Below the pieces are notes generated by a model. That model did no database searches. It was not told the origin of the DNA and was given only the letters and a program-made list of their open reading frames with translations. A stretch of DNA of 64,000 nt from SAR202 cluster bacterium (GTDB taxonomy: Bacteria; Chloroflexota; Dehalococcoidia; Lucifugimonadales; VXLM01). The position numbers and the translations under genes were made by a program. This document shows positions 49,073 through 59,651 of the stretch, piece by piece; the stretch's first letter is position 1, and each line of letters begins with the position of its first letter. The DNA lies in contig JAKUTR010000007.1 in the NCBI GenBank assembly GCA_022448725.1, forward strand, positions 5,945 through 69,944, given 5' to 3'.

Positions 49073-49096
49073 GCAGCATACATAGGAGGTACCCCT

Positions 49097-51415
49097 ATGA
49101 CGACGACACGCGAACCAAACAAGGTTTTGTCTCAGATTGAATACGATGTCATCGGCACGCGGCCGATCCGGCCTGATGGGGCGGACAAGGTTACTGGTAG
49201 GGCCAAATATAGTGCAGACTTCACTATCTCAGGTGCGATATATGGCAAACTGGTTCGTTCACCACATGCGCACGCGAGGATCATCTCAATCGATACCAGC
49301 AAGGCCGAAGCACACCCTTCAGTTAAAGCTGTAGTGACGGGGGAAGATCTGCCCAAGACTGTAATAGGAGCAGACGGTGATCGTCCCAAAACTAGTGGCG
49401 AGATTGCTGCTGATCTGAAATATCTCAGGCACCAAATCATGGCTACTGAGAAGGTTGTATTTGGAAACCAGCCAGTGGCAGCTGTGGCCGCAGCCACAGC
49501 TCACGATGCCGAAGAGGCAGCCAAATTGGTTGAAGTCAAATATGAGATTTTGCCGTCAGTGACGGAAGTTCGAGCAGCAATGGAAGACGATGCGCCTGTG
49601 CTTCACGATGATATTGAAATGACAGAGTTTGGTGAGAAAACAGGACGAAAAGGTAACATCGCTGACCACTTTCAAAACAAGATTGGTGATCCTCAAAAAG
49701 GTTTTGAGCAGGCGGATGTCATAGTCGAGCGTGAATTTAATACAGCGACGGTTCATCAGGGATATATAGAGCCTCATAGCTGCACTGTTCACTGGCGTGA
49801 CGACGATAGAATTTTCATTTGGAATAGCTGCCAGGGTCCATTCAATATCAGAGATGCCACCGCTGAAGTCCTTGGAGTTCCTCTGACAAACGTTAAGTTG
49901 ACACCCCAAGAAATTGGAGGCGGTTTTGGCGGTAAGTTTGAGCCCTACGGGGAACCAGTGCTTGCACTACTTTCTAAGAAGGCTGGTGCTCCAGTTAAGA
50001 TGTGGATGACACGTACAGAGGATCTTGAGGCAACCGGTCCATCCCCGGGTTCGTATGTGCGAGTCAAGATGGGAGCCACTAAAGACGGTAAGATCGTAGC
50101 TGGAGAGGCCGAGTTGGCCTTTGAGGCTGGGGCTTATCCAGGATCTGTGGTTGAGGCTGGTGGAGAGTGTGTATTTGCTCCTTACGATATTCCAAACGCT
50201 GTAGTTGATGGATATGACGTAGTCGTCAATAAATCGAAGATGGCAGCCTACCGAGCACCGGGAGCAACCAATGCTGAATTTGCTTCTGAGACTGTGGTAG
50301 ATGAGCTTGCGCAGAAACTTGATATCGACCCGATAGAGTTCCGGCTGATGAACGCAGCCAAGGAAGGAACACGAAAAGTAGACGGTACCTCTTTCCCGCG
50401 GATAGGCCTTGTCGAAGTGCTTGAGGCTCTCAAGGACCATGATCACTGGAAGAGTCCGATTGAAGGCGATAATGTGGCTCGAGGGTTCGCCTGTGCTTAT
50501 TGGATGAACGCTGGCTTACAGTCAGCGGTGAACTTAGCTGTTAATTCAGATGGCAGAGTGAGTCTGACCGAAGGTTCTCCAGACATTGGGGGGTCTCGTG
50601 CATCTATCTCCATGCAGGCGGCAGAGATCCTGGGCATTCCATCCGAGGATATTCTCCCATCTGTGGTGGATACTGACTCAATTGGGTTTACCTTTGGCAC
50701 CGGTGGTAGCCGCACGACGTTCGCGACCGGGTATGCAGCAATTGAGGCCGCCAAAGATGTAAAGCAGCAGATGATTGAACGAGCCGCACTGATATGGGGG
50801 GTTGCCCCTGAATCAGTGCAGATGGACAAGGGCAATATTCATGCTGGTAACGGCGCTGAGTTAAAGATGACGTTTAAAGAATTAGCCGCGGAAATGAACG
50901 ATACTGGTGGTGCAATAACAGGCCGTGGTTCTGTTAACCCTTCAGGTGTTGGGGCTGCCTTTGCTGGACTCATCGTTGATATCCATGCTGATCCTGAAAC
51001 CGGTAAGGTTCAGATTCTTCGGGCGACTATTGCACAGGATGCAGGTAAAGCTATCCATCCAAGTTATGTTGAAGGACAGTTGCAGGGTGGTACAGCTCAA
51101 GGTATTGGATGGGGTCTGAATGAGGAATACTTCATGAGTGACGAAGGCCGCATGGCCAATAGTAGCTTCCTCGATTATAGGATGCCAACCGCACTTGACT
51201 TGCCGATGATCGATACAGTGATTGTAGAGGTAGCAAACCCAGGTCACCCGTTTGGTGTGCGTGGTGTGGGTGAGGTTAACATCGCACCGCCCCCTGCTGC
51301 TATTGCGAACGCTCTGAGTAGGAGTTTGGGAGTACGGATGGAGCGGCTGCCGATGAATCCTAATACCGTGATGGAGACCATGTGGGCAAACAATGGGAGT
51401 AGCAACGGATCGTAG
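49097..51415 (+). CDS. Xanthine dehydrogenase family molybdopterin-binding subunit
   Basis: DKVTGRAKY, RSPHAHARI, GGGFGGK, AYRAPG loop, GGSR, GQLQGG, GVGE. Confidence 0.93.
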   Translation: MTTTREPNKVLSQIEYDVIGTRPIRPDGADKVTGRAKYSADFTISGAIYGKLVRSPHAHARIISIDTSKAEAHPSVKAVVTGEDLPKTVIGADGDRPKTSGEIAADLKYLRHQIMATEKVVFGNQPVAAVAAATAHDAEEAAKLVEVKYEILPSVTEVRAAMEDDAPVLHDDIEMTEFGEKTGRKGNIADHFQNKIGDPQKGFEQADVIVEREFNTATVHQGYIEPHSCTVHWRDDDRIFIWNSCQGPFNIRDATAEVLGVPLTNVKLTPQEIGGGFGGKFEPYGEPVLALLSKKAGAPVKMWMTRTEDLEATGPSPGSYVRVKMGATKDGKIVAGEAELAFEAGAYPGSVVEAGGECVFAPYDIPNAVVDGYDVVVNKSKMAAYRAPGATNAEFASETVVDELAQKLDIDPIEFRLMNAAKEGTRKVDGTSFPRIGLVEVLEALKDHDHWKSPIEGDNVARGFACAYWMNAGLQSAVNLAVNSDGRVSLTEGSPDIGGSRASISMQAAEILGIPSEDILPSVVDTDSIGFTFGTGGSRTTFATGYAAIEAAKDVKQQMIERAALIWGVAPESVQMDKGNIHAGNGAELKMTFKELAAEMNDTGGAITGRGSVNPSGVGAAFAGLIVDIHADPETGKVQILRATIAQDAGKAIHPSYVEGQLQGGTAQGIGWGLNEEYFMSDEGRMANSSFLDYRMPTALDLPMIDTVIVEVANPGHPFGVRGVGEVNIAPPPAAIANALSRSLGVRMERLPMNPNTVMETMWANNGSSNGS

Positions 51416-51439
51416 GTCTGCACAATAGCTTAATATGCT

Positions 51440-51491
51440 AGAAATAAAACAGCCACCCTCTTGTTATTGAAAGGGTGGCTGTTTTATTTCT
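51440..51491. terminator. Bidirectional rho-independent terminator
   Basis: 20-bp perfect inverted repeat AGAAATAAAACAGCCACCCT / AGGGTGGCTGTTTTATTTCT with a 12-nt loop, between convergent genes. Confidence 0.88.
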
Positions 51492-51561
51492 GTAGCCTTA
51501 TTCTGGAAGATTGAAAACCAACTTGGTCTATTGACACTATTCTTTGTCTCACTGGCCAGGG

Positions 51562-52815
51562 TCAGTTCAAAACACTCAGCACGTTCTCAAACGGGGTTTC
51601 TAATTGCTCGCTCTTTCCTAGATCCCGTACGACAGCCTTTCCTTTTGCAACTTCCTCTTCACCGATAATAACGGCATGAGTAGCCCGGATGGAAGCAGCG
51701 TACCGCAACTGACTTTTTAGCCCCCTGGACGGGCCAAGGATAGCGGGAATGCCAGCTCGTCTCAGATCGGAGGTTAGTTTCAACGCTGTTTCCTTGCCTA
51801 CGCCCAAGTGGGCAATAAGAACCTTCTTAGGCTGAGGTGGTCCCTCAATTCCTCCGCGATTTACACTTTCTTCAATTAGGCGCTCAATACCCATAGCAAA
51901 CCCGATGCCAGCAGTAGACTTACCACCGAGTTCTTCGATTAGGCCATTGTATCGACCGCCGGCCAGGATGGTACTTTGACGCCGATTGGACGAAGGCACA
52001 AACTCAAAGACTGTGTGCGTGTAGTAGTCAAAGCCTCGTACTAGAGTGTGGGTAACTTCGTACGAGATCCCTAGGTTATCAAGATGGGCCAGTAGACTCT
52101 CCCAGTGAGTTTTTGATTCGTTCGATAGGTAGTCAATGCTCTTAGGGGCATCGGCCAACAGCGGTTGGATCGCGTCATCTTTAGAGTCCAGAATACGTAA
52201 AGTATTTGTTTCCAACCGGCGCTGGTCGTCTGGAGAGAGCATTTTAAGGTGGGGCGTAAAGTAGCCTCGTAGTGCCTCAAGGTAATTAGGGCGAGACTCT
52301 TTATCACCAATCGAGTTAAGTAAGAGAGACACGTCTGTTACTCCGAACTCCCTAAGCGTACTCCAGGCGAGATCGATCACTTCAGCGTCTATTGCGGAAT
52401 CCGCATCCCCAAACGCTTCAACCCCAAATTGCCAGAATTCTCGGAAACGACCAGCCTGTGGTCGTTCGTACCGATACATAGGCATGTAATAGTAGAGGCG
52501 GACGGGTTGAGGAAGGTTGTGCATGCCATGTTCCAAATATGCTCGACATACCCCAGCCGTACCTTCAGGACGTAGGGTTATTAGATCCCCACCCCGATCC
52601 TTGAAGGTGTATGTTTCTTTTTCAACAATGTCGGTTATCTCGCCTACCCCGCGTATGAAGAGGTTAGCGTGTTCGAAAGTAGGGATTTCAATGCGATCGT
52701 AGCCGAAGCGCATGGCAAGTTCCTCGCATCTTTGTTGTGCCAGCCTGCGAAGCGGCTGTGCGTCAGGCAGAATATCGCTCGTACCTCGAGGCGCTTGGAA
52801 TTGCTGTGGGCTCAT
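51562..52815 (-). CDS. hisS: Histidine--tRNA ligase
   Basis: PRGT.D, LRPEGTA, RYERPQAGRFREF.QFGVE, LVRGFDYY, GGRY.GL, GFAMGIERL. Confidence 0.97.
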   Translation of the reverse strand: MSPQQFQAPRGTSDILPDAQPLRRLAQQRCEELAMRFGYDRIEIPTFEHANLFIRGVGEITDIVEKETYTFKDRGGDLITLRPEGTAGVCRAYLEHGMHNLPQPVRLYYYMPMYRYERPQAGRFREFWQFGVEAFGDADSAIDAEVIDLAWSTLREFGVTDVSLLLNSIGDKESRPNYLEALRGYFTPHLKMLSPDDQRRLETNTLRILDSKDDAIQPLLADAPKSIDYLSNESKTHWESLLAHLDNLGISYEVTHTLVRGFDYYTHTVFEFVPSSNRRQSTILAGGRYNGLIEELGGKSTAGIGFAMGIERLIEESVNRGGIEGPPQPKKVLIAHLGVGKETALKLTSDLRRAGIPAILGPSRGLKSQLRYAASIRATHAVIIGEEEVAKGKAVVRDLGKSEQLETPFENVLSVLN

Positions 52816-52935
52816 GGAATTCAGTCTACCGTTTTTACGTCAGCTGAAGAATGGTTTCATTTCGAAGAGTATCAGAGAAAACTATGCGAGTAATTGTTGC
52901 AGATCCTCTCTACTAAAAGGGACATGGAATTGAAA

Positions 52936-54585
52936 CTAGTAACCAGTACCCTGATATTTTGAGAAATCGAACCCAGCTTTCACCTTACAATCTAGAAGCG
53001 CAGGTTGGCCAGTCTTGGTCTTTTTGACAGCACGTTCAAGTGCACCTACGAACTCGTCAGGCATGGTAACAACTTCACTATGCGCCCCCAAGCCCTCCGC
53101 AACCTTAGCGTAGTCACCAGTGTGAGCAAGGCTATCCATTTTCTCAGCGGTATAGGGCTGATGTGTCTTCTCGATAGCCATAATCTGGTTGTTGAAAACG
53201 ATGGTGAGTATCCCGATTTTGTTACGGGCCGCGGTTTCGATGTCCATACCGACCATGCCGATTGCGGCATCGCCCATAATGTTGATACACAACTTGTCAG
53301 GTTCAGCCAGCTTCGCCCCCATGATAGCACCGAGTCCAAATCCTAGTTGAGTAGATTTTCCCCAGCCGAGGTAGGTTCGTGGAGCCACGCATTTCCACAT
53401 TGGGACGACCTGGTCACGGGGACTGCCTGCGTCGTGAGTAACAATGGTGTTAGCAGGGTCAACGTTATCGTACAGATCATGGATGATGCGGTACTGGTTT
53501 ATGGGCACTTCGTCTGACTCAAGCTGCGGCATCCAGTCAGCCAGCCACTCTTGTCGTAGCCGCAGCACTTCTGGAGCAACATCGCGAGTAGCCTTATGGC
53601 CGATACCTTCTGTCTGATGTTTAATTTCTTCGATAAGTGATTGGAGCACTAACTTTGCATCTCCTACAAGAGAGAGATCACTTTGGTAGTCCTTATTGAT
53701 ATCAGATGAATCGTTAGTGGAATGGATGATAGTCGGAGAGTCTGGTACAGCTATCCCATAGGTAGTGCGGGTTAAGCTTGTGCCAATAGCAAAGATGACG
53801 TCGGCTACAGACATGAAATATGCGTTTTGTTTGGTATGTGATACGGCAGAGGCCCCAAGGGCCAGGGGGTGATCCTCGGGGAAGGCACTCTTACCCGGCA
53901 GCGTAGTGGATACAGGAGCTTGCAGTAATTCCGCTATTTCCTGTAGTTCATCCCATGCTTCAGCGTATAGGCATCCTTGACCGGCGTGGATCATTGGTCG
54001 TTCAGCTGCCAGAAGCACCTTTGCGATCCTAGTTACTTCCACAGAATCTGGGGCAGTTTTATTGCCTGTAGCGGGTGTGTATTCAAGCTCGCCTGGGTAC
54101 TCAGTCGTCCAAATGTTACGAGGCGTTTCTAACAGTACTGGGCCCCCTTTTCCGGTGCGCAAGTGATAGAAACCTCGTCTCATCAACTCAGGAATACGCT
54201 CAACCATGTTGAACTTAGCACGCCACTTAGTGACGTGAGCGTAGTTGTCGTATGGGCTGAAATTAGGGCTGATGAACTCCTTTTCCTGGGGTTCACCACC
54301 TGGCAATAGCATGATCGGAGTATTGTCAGAGAATGCCTGAGCAGCTCCTGGGAAGGAGTTTTCACTGCCTGGTCCCTGCTGCATAGCGAAAACGCCAATG
54401 CGCTTGCCGTTAGTTATACGGCTAAAGCCATCTGCTATCGCCATCCCAACGCGTTCTTGACGACAAATGATCGGCCGGATACCCGCTTTTGCAGCGGCGT
54501 CCACCATCGGTTGCGCAGGGTACACAGCTAGGAACTCGGTACCTTCCTTCTTCAAAATCGTTGCGATAAGATCAGCGCCTTGCAT
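52936..54585 (-). CDS. Thiamine pyrophosphate-requiring enzyme (acetolactate synthase-like superfamily)
   Basis: RQERVG..IADG, GPG.EN, TPP motif GDAA...NN; no ilvH small subunit nearby. Confidence 0.88.
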   Translation of the reverse strand: MQGADLIATILKKEGTEFLAVYPAQPMVDAAAKAGIRPIICRQERVGMAIADGFSRITNGKRIGVFAMQQGPGSENSFPGAAQAFSDNTPIMLLPGGEPQEKEFISPNFSPYDNYAHVTKWRAKFNMVERIPELMRRGFYHLRTGKGGPVLLETPRNIWTTEYPGELEYTPATGNKTAPDSVEVTRIAKVLLAAERPMIHAGQGCLYAEAWDELQEIAELLQAPVSTTLPGKSAFPEDHPLALGASAVSHTKQNAYFMSVADVIFAIGTSLTRTTYGIAVPDSPTIIHSTNDSSDINKDYQSDLSLVGDAKLVLQSLIEEIKHQTEGIGHKATRDVAPEVLRLRQEWLADWMPQLESDEVPINQYRIIHDLYDNVDPANTIVTHDAGSPRDQVVPMWKCVAPRTYLGWGKSTQLGFGLGAIMGAKLAEPDKLCINIMGDAAIGMVGMDIETAARNKIGILTIVFNNQIMAIEKTHQPYTAEKMDSLAHTGDYAKVAEGLGAHSEVVTMPDEFVGALERAVKKTKTGQPALLDCKVKAGFDFSKYQGTGY

Positions 54586-54633
54586 ACAAAATCTCCTGAT
54601 GAGTAGTACTAAAGGGAAGAGATGCCTAGTAAG

Positions 54634-55371
54634 CTACCGCTTTTTAGCTTGCTCTCTTGTCCATTCTTCTCGATATACCTTCACGTCTGCCCAGGTAAGG
54701 TTTGCGCGTTTGAAGACCTTAACGTAGTCCTGTTCCTTTTCCCTGATCTCACGCGCCTTATTAAGGACGACAGAGGGGTCCATCTCTCGTGGAATCTTAG
54801 TGATTCCATCCCGGTCGCAGGCCAAAAGGTCACCCGGATTAATAAGCAATTCTCCAACGACGATCGGCTCTCCCTCCCGAATTAGGTTGAAGACTCCGTG
54901 ACCAGGCACGAGTCCTCGACCCCAGGCTGGAATACCAACAGCTTCTATGCCGGCAATGTCGCGCACAGAACCGTCAACTACTATCCCTGTGCAGCCAAGA
55001 AACTTGTGAGTTGCTGCCATCCCATCCCCAAGGCTTGCGCCTCGACCAGATCGAGTGTCAACGTCCTTTATGACGCCTACCAGAGGACCTTCGGCTTTGT
55101 CCATTGCATCGTAGTATTCGTCCCAGGGAATTTTTGGAGAATCTGGATCGATAGCCGTCACCTCAGCCGTCACAGCATAGCCGATCGCCATGCCAAGGCT
55201 GGGGAGTAGACTTTTAATAGATGAATCGGTGTAGTTGACGGGGATGCCCCCCTTACCTTCTAGCTCGGTGCCGCCTTGGGACGCACCCATACTCTCAATT
55301 ACAGCGTTGAAAAGAGTAGCCGAGTCAAACTCTTGTAAACTTCTGAGTGTATCTAGGCAGGCATTCGGCAT
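54634..55371 (-). CDS. RraA family protein / HMG-CHA aldolase-like
   Basis: GYAVT, GDGMA, VVDGSVRDI, INPGDLL..DRDG. Confidence 0.85.
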   Translation of the reverse strand: MPNACLDTLRSLQEFDSATLFNAVIESMGASQGGTELEGKGGIPVNYTDSSIKSLLPSLGMAIGYAVTAEVTAIDPDSPKIPWDEYYDAMDKAEGPLVGVIKDVDTRSGRGASLGDGMAATHKFLGCTGIVVDGSVRDIAGIEAVGIPAWGRGLVPGHGVFNLIREGEPIVVGELLINPGDLLACDRDGITKIPREMDPSVVLNKAREIREKEQDYVKVFKRANLTWADVKVYREEWTREQAKKR

Positions 55372-55514
55372 TAGAAACTCCTCTTTGTATGTCAGGCCTT
55401 ATCGGACCAGCGCGCATTATACCGGTTTCCCGTGCCCTATCCCAATCCTGCAACAGGGGCGTCAATTTATAAAACACCCGTCAACGGAGGTGGGTACAAT
55501 TATTGATGTCAGTA

Positions 55515-55958
55515 CTAGATAACGGCATTAGGTAGTGCATCTTCCAAGGCGGACCAAGAGAGGAGTGCACACTTGATACGAACAGGGTACTCTCGGACCC
55601 CCTTAAGTTGAGGCAGATCTTCCATAGTCTTGAGAGCCTCATCGTCTGGGTCTGCACCTCGCATCATCGATTCAAAGCTTTTGGCTAATCTTCGAATCTC
55701 AAGAGTACTCTTCCCAACAATTGCTTCGGAAAGCATGGAAGTTGTTGCTTGGTTGATGGAACAGCCGATGGCTTGTGCACCTACTTGGTCCAAGCGATCT
55801 TTTGTAAAGATGAGTTGTAGGTTTACCTCGTCTCCACAAAATGGGTTGATGGCGTGAGCCGCAGATCCTGGATTATCAATGACTTCTCGGTTGCGGGGAG
55901 TCCGACGATGGTCAAGGATCGCATCTCGATAAAGATCGTCGAGGCTATTAAGATCCAT
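55515..55958 (-). CDS. sufU: SUF system SufU protein, copy 1
   Basis: LY...ILDH...PRN, NPFCGD, GCSINQA, RIKCA.L.W; overlaps the end of sufS. Confidence 0.92.
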   Translation of the reverse strand: MDLNSLDDLYRDAILDHRRTPRNREVIDNPGSAAHAINPFCGDEVNLQLIFTKDRLDQVGAQAIGCSINQATTSMLSEAIVGKSTLEIRRLAKSFESMMRGADPDDEALKTMEDLPQLKGVREYPVRIKCALLSWSALEDALPNAVI

Positions 55959-57210
55959 TCCTAAAATACCTTAACGCGCCGTTTATAGCCTCAATGAGAC
56001 AGTCGATCTCAGCCTCAGTATTGTAGACATAGAGGGAGGCTCGCGCTGTCGCAGGAACTCCCAATTTACCCATCAGCGGCATGGTGCAATGATGACCAGT
56101 TCGGATTGCGATGCCTTGGCGGTCAAGATAGGTTCCGAGATCATGGGGGTGCAGATTCTCGTTATGGAAGGAGATTATGCCTCCCCGGAGCTCTACAGAA
56201 CGCGGCCCAAAGACTGTAAATTCTTTGATCTGGCTGAATCGCTCTAGCGCGTATTCGGTGAGAGATTCCTCATGTTTACGTACGTTGTCCATGCCAAGAT
56301 TGTTAAGGTAGTCAGTTGCGACCCCAAATGCGATAGCGTCAGCGATGTTAGGCGTGCCCGCTTCAAAGCGCATTGGTAAATCAGCCCATGAAGCTTTCTC
56401 ATAGGTGACTTGAAGTACCATCTCACCACCGGTTAGTAAGGGTTCCATCTCATCAAGAATTTCACGCTTTGTGTACAGCGCTCCGATACCAGTTGGGCCC
56501 ATCATCTTGTGACCCGAAAAGGCGAAGAAGTCAGCCCCTAGGTCTTGAACGTTGACGGGCATGTGTGGGGCACTCTGTGCTCCGTCCACAAGTATCTTGG
56601 CTCCGTGGGCGTGAGCAGCCTGAGCCAACTCTTCTACAGGGTTGATCGTTCCGAGCGAATTGGAAGCTTGGGTGACGGCTACTAATTTTGTGCGCTTACT
56701 GATCACTGAGTCGACAGCAGTGAGATCAAGAGTCCCTTCATCCGTCATCGGGAGAAATCGAAGTTTTGCACCCTTGGCTATGGCTAGCTCTTGCCACGGC
56801 ACAAGGTTACTGTGGTGTTCCATGGGAGTTGTTACGATCTCGTCACCTTCATGGACATGAGCCCTGGCCCATGTGTGGGCCACTAGGTTAAGGGATTCTG
56901 TGGCGTTGCGTGTCCAGATGATGCATTCGTCAGTCTCTGCCCCAACGAATTTGGCAACCTTGGTGCGTGCAGCTTCCATCGCATCAGTTGCTTCCATGCT
57001 GAGACTGTGAACGCCGCGATGGACATTTGCGTTATAGTTTTCGTAGTAGTCTACGAGAGATTCGATGACGCTACGCGGTTTCTGGGAGGTTGCTGCGTTG
57101 TCGAGGTATACCAAGGGTTTCCCGTACACCATGCGATTCAGTATGGGGAAGTCTTCCCGGATGCGTGCTACGTCCAGGGACGGTTGTGCTGATGCTGCTT
57201 GTGTTGCCAT
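55948..57210 (-). CDS. sufS: Cysteine desulfurase SufS
   Basis: YLDNAATSQKP, NVHRG, EHHSN, DGAQ, FSGHK, EAGTP, RTGHHC. ATG 57210 lies just after the Rrf2 stop. Confidence 0.96.
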   Translation of the reverse strand: MATQAASAQPSLDVARIREDFPILNRMVYGKPLVYLDNAATSQKPRSVIESLVDYYENYNANVHRGVHSLSMEATDAMEAARTKVAKFVGAETDECIIWTRNATESLNLVAHTWARAHVHEGDEIVTTPMEHHSNLVPWQELAIAKGAKLRFLPMTDEGTLDLTAVDSVISKRTKLVAVTQASNSLGTINPVEELAQAAHAHGAKILVDGAQSAPHMPVNVQDLGADFFAFSGHKMMGPTGIGALYTKREILDEMEPLLTGGEMVLQVTYEKASWADLPMRFEAGTPNIADAIAFGVATDYLNNLGMDNVRKHEESLTEYALERFSQIKEFTVFGPRSVELRGGIISFHNENLHPHDLGTYLDRQGIAIRTGHHCTMPLMGKLGVPATARASLYVYNTEAEIDCLIEAINGALRYFRNGS

Positions 57211-57211
57211 T

Positions 57212-57646
57212 CTAAACTGCGATAGCCTCCCGCTCATTTACCTTCGCGCGTTCGACTAGGTCAGCTATAGTGGTGGAGTTTAGAACCCCCCACATCGCCT
57301 GCTCCACCTCTTGCCAGACCCCACGCTGGCCACATTTAGGTGAACACACACAGTTGCTAGCATTGTCTAAACAACTCACTAGGGAGATCGGGGTCCCGAG
57401 TGTGCTCATCACAGCACCCATAGTAATTTCATCTGGACTCTTGGCGAGTTCGTGCCCTCCGGTCGGGCCGCGCTGTGCCCTCGTTATGCCGTTACGCTGC
57501 AGCGTGTGTAGAACTCGAGCGAGATACTGCTCGGGGATACTCTGGCGACCTGCGATCTCAGATGCCCGTACAGCACCTTTATTCGAGTGCTCTGCGAGGT
57601 CGACAAGAGCTCTAACACCGTAATCTACTTGTACCGGGACGTGCAT
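57212..57646 (-). CDS. Rrf2 family (IscR-like) transcriptional regulator
   Basis: YGVRAL..LA, wHTH 'IA.RQ.IP..YL', RGP.GG..LA, Cys cluster CLDNASNCVCSPKC. Confidence 0.9.
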   Translation of the reverse strand: MHVPVQVDYGVRALVDLAEHSNKGAVRASEIAGRQSIPEQYLARVLHTLQRNGITRAQRGPTGGHELAKSPDEITMGAVMSTLGTPISLVSCLDNASNCVCSPKCGQRGVWQEVEQAMWGVLNSTTIADLVERAKVNEREAIAV

Positions 57647-57714
57647 TTAGAACCTCCCAACTCTAGCTATCAATTTGGACCTTGGTCCTCATCGAGATAA
57701 TCTGTGGTCCTGTT

Positions 57715-58164
57715 TCATTCAGTGGAGACTGTGTCTTCATCCTCCAGTGCACCCTTGAGTGCGTGCCAAGACAGAGTTGCGCATTTGATCCGTGTTGGGA
57801 AAGCTCTCACTCCCGCAAGCACCACAAGGTCACCGAGTGATGCATCATCCTCATACGCATTTCCAGTCTGTGTCACAAGTTCATGAAATTTGGAAAAAAC
57901 AGTCTTTGCGTCAGTGATTGTCAATCCTTTTACCGCCTCTGTCATCATTGACGCGGATGCCTTTGAGATACTGCAGCCCGCTGCTTCGAATGACACGTCC
58001 GTGATAATTTCTTCTGCGATACTTGCGTACACAGTGATCGTGTCACCGCAGAATGGGTTAAACCCGTGAGATGAACAGGTCGGTGTCTCCATCTTATGGA
58101 AATTGCGTGGCTTCCAATTGTGGTCCATTACAATTTCCTGATACAGATCCTGTAAATCGGTCAT
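57715..58164 (-). CDS. sufU: SUF system SufU protein, copy 2
   Basis: LYQE.VMDH...PRN, NPFCGD, GCSISKAS, RIKCATL.W; ATGA overlap with the sufD stop. Confidence 0.92.
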   Translation of the reverse strand: MTDLQDLYQEIVMDHNWKPRNFHKMETPTCSSHGFNPFCGDTITVYASIAEEIITDVSFEAAGCSISKASASMMTEAVKGLTITDAKTVFSKFHELVTQTGNAYEDDASLGDLVVLAGVRAFPTRIKCATLSWHALKGALEDEDTVSTE

Positions 58165-59495
58165 ATTGACACGCTCTTCTTACGACCGAGTGGATTCAGC
58201 GAGTGAGTCTCGGATGAAAAGAGACCTTCAAGGTGATCATGGAGGATATCGAGGTCTACGCGGTCAATAATCTCAGTCGCATAGCCCTGAATAAGTAAAC
58301 GACGTGCCGTCTCTCTACTGAGCCCTCGGCTCTGCATATAGTAAATAGCCTCATCGGCAATCGCGCCGGCGGTTGCTCCATGCGCCGCTTGGATATCATC
58401 AGCATATATCTCTAGCATTGGCTTGGTATTGATGCGTGCGCCATCAGACAGTAGGAGATTCTGATCCTTCTGTGTAGCGACTGTCTTTTGAGCATTTGGG
58501 TGAACTATGACACCACCGCTGAAGACAGCCCGAGATTGGCCATCAAGTATGCCTTTAAAGTAAAGGTCGCTAACCGTGTGTGGCTGTAGGTGTTCTATGT
58601 TGATATGGTTATCAATGTGTTCCGTTCCGTTTGTGAAGTACAGTCCACCGAGGGCGCACGATGCGCCTGGTGCATTTAGCATAACGTGAACTTCGTTCCT
58701 TGCAATACGCGCTCCATGAGCAAACGCTGTAGATCTGAAGGAACTGTCCCTATCTTGCTGAACACCGATAACTCCCACGTGGAAGGCATTTGAGGACTCC
58801 ATCAGGTACCGGTAGTGGTCCATTTTGGATCCTGGTTCTAATACGATCTCTGAGACAGCATTTGTGAAGTATTCATTCGAGGTTAGAGTGACATAACTCT
58901 CGAGCAAAGTTAATTCCGTGTTTGCTCCTACAATGACGAGAGTTCTTGGATGAGTAACAATACGCTCAGAGTGTTCAGTCGTCACAAAAACGACGTGCAC
59001 TGGCCCAATAGAATTGCTATTAGCTGGTATGTTTACAAGAGCGCCATTCTGGAGGAAGGCAGTGTTTAGGGCTGTGAATCCTCCACTCTCATGATTGAGG
59101 ATAGTCCCAATGCGAGGCTCATTAGTCAGGTCATCGGGTATGCCGGACACTCTAACACCGTCTAAACGTGGTGACGAGAGACTCTCAACGTAAAAACCGT
59201 CGACGAATACCAGAGTTGCCCAGTCGTCATGCATAGGGACCAAGCCCCTGAGGTCGGGTTTAGTCAGTGTTGAGGACGGTGTCGGCGACGTGAAAGCAGT
59301 TCTGGCAATTGGAGTTATGTTTGTGTGTTTCCATTTCTCGTTATCGCGGGTCTGTACAGGGAAGCCATGGTGCTCGAAGCTGGTCATGCCCTTTGCTCGC
59401 AAAGTGTAAAGAGCATCATGGCTTGTTGATGACCTCAACAGAGCTTCATGGTCGTTTTTATATTGACCATATTGCTGGACCGGTTGTGTTGTCAT
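58161..59495 (-). CDS. sufD: Fe-S cluster assembly protein SufD
   Basis: EKWKHT, FVDG, NLLLS..A.INTKP.LEIYADD..A.HGAT, YMQSRG. Confidence 0.93.
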   Translation of the reverse strand: MTTQPVQQYGQYKNDHEALLRSSTSHDALYTLRAKGMTSFEHHGFPVQTRDNEKWKHTNITPIARTAFTSPTPSSTLTKPDLRGLVPMHDDWATLVFVDGFYVESLSSPRLDGVRVSGIPDDLTNEPRIGTILNHESGGFTALNTAFLQNGALVNIPANSNSIGPVHVVFVTTEHSERIVTHPRTLVIVGANTELTLLESYVTLTSNEYFTNAVSEIVLEPGSKMDHYRYLMESSNAFHVGVIGVQQDRDSSFRSTAFAHGARIARNEVHVMLNAPGASCALGGLYFTNGTEHIDNHINIEHLQPHTVSDLYFKGILDGQSRAVFSGGVIVHPNAQKTVATQKDQNLLLSDGARINTKPMLEIYADDIQAAHGATAGAIADEAIYYMQSRGLSRETARRLLIQGYATEIIDRVDLDILHDHLEGLFSSETHSLNPLGRKKSVSI

Positions 59496-59651
59496 GAATT
59501 CACTGATACCCAACACTTTCGGAATTAGTGCAGATGCTTACGTCGGAATGTTTTAATAGCGAAGTGGAGTTCTTTGTTGGACAGTCCTGCAGACACTCTA
59601 AGGAAGTACCTACTCGGTGTAATTCCATGCCTCTTTTAAGGCAGATCACGA

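Noticed and set aside
49097-51415. Aerobic CO dehydrogenase (coxL)
   Set aside because: Lacks the AYxCSFR copper-binding loop and accessory cox genes.
52936-54585. ilvB acetolactate synthase
   Set aside because: No ilvH/ilvC context and a divergent N-terminus; kept as a generic TPP enzyme.
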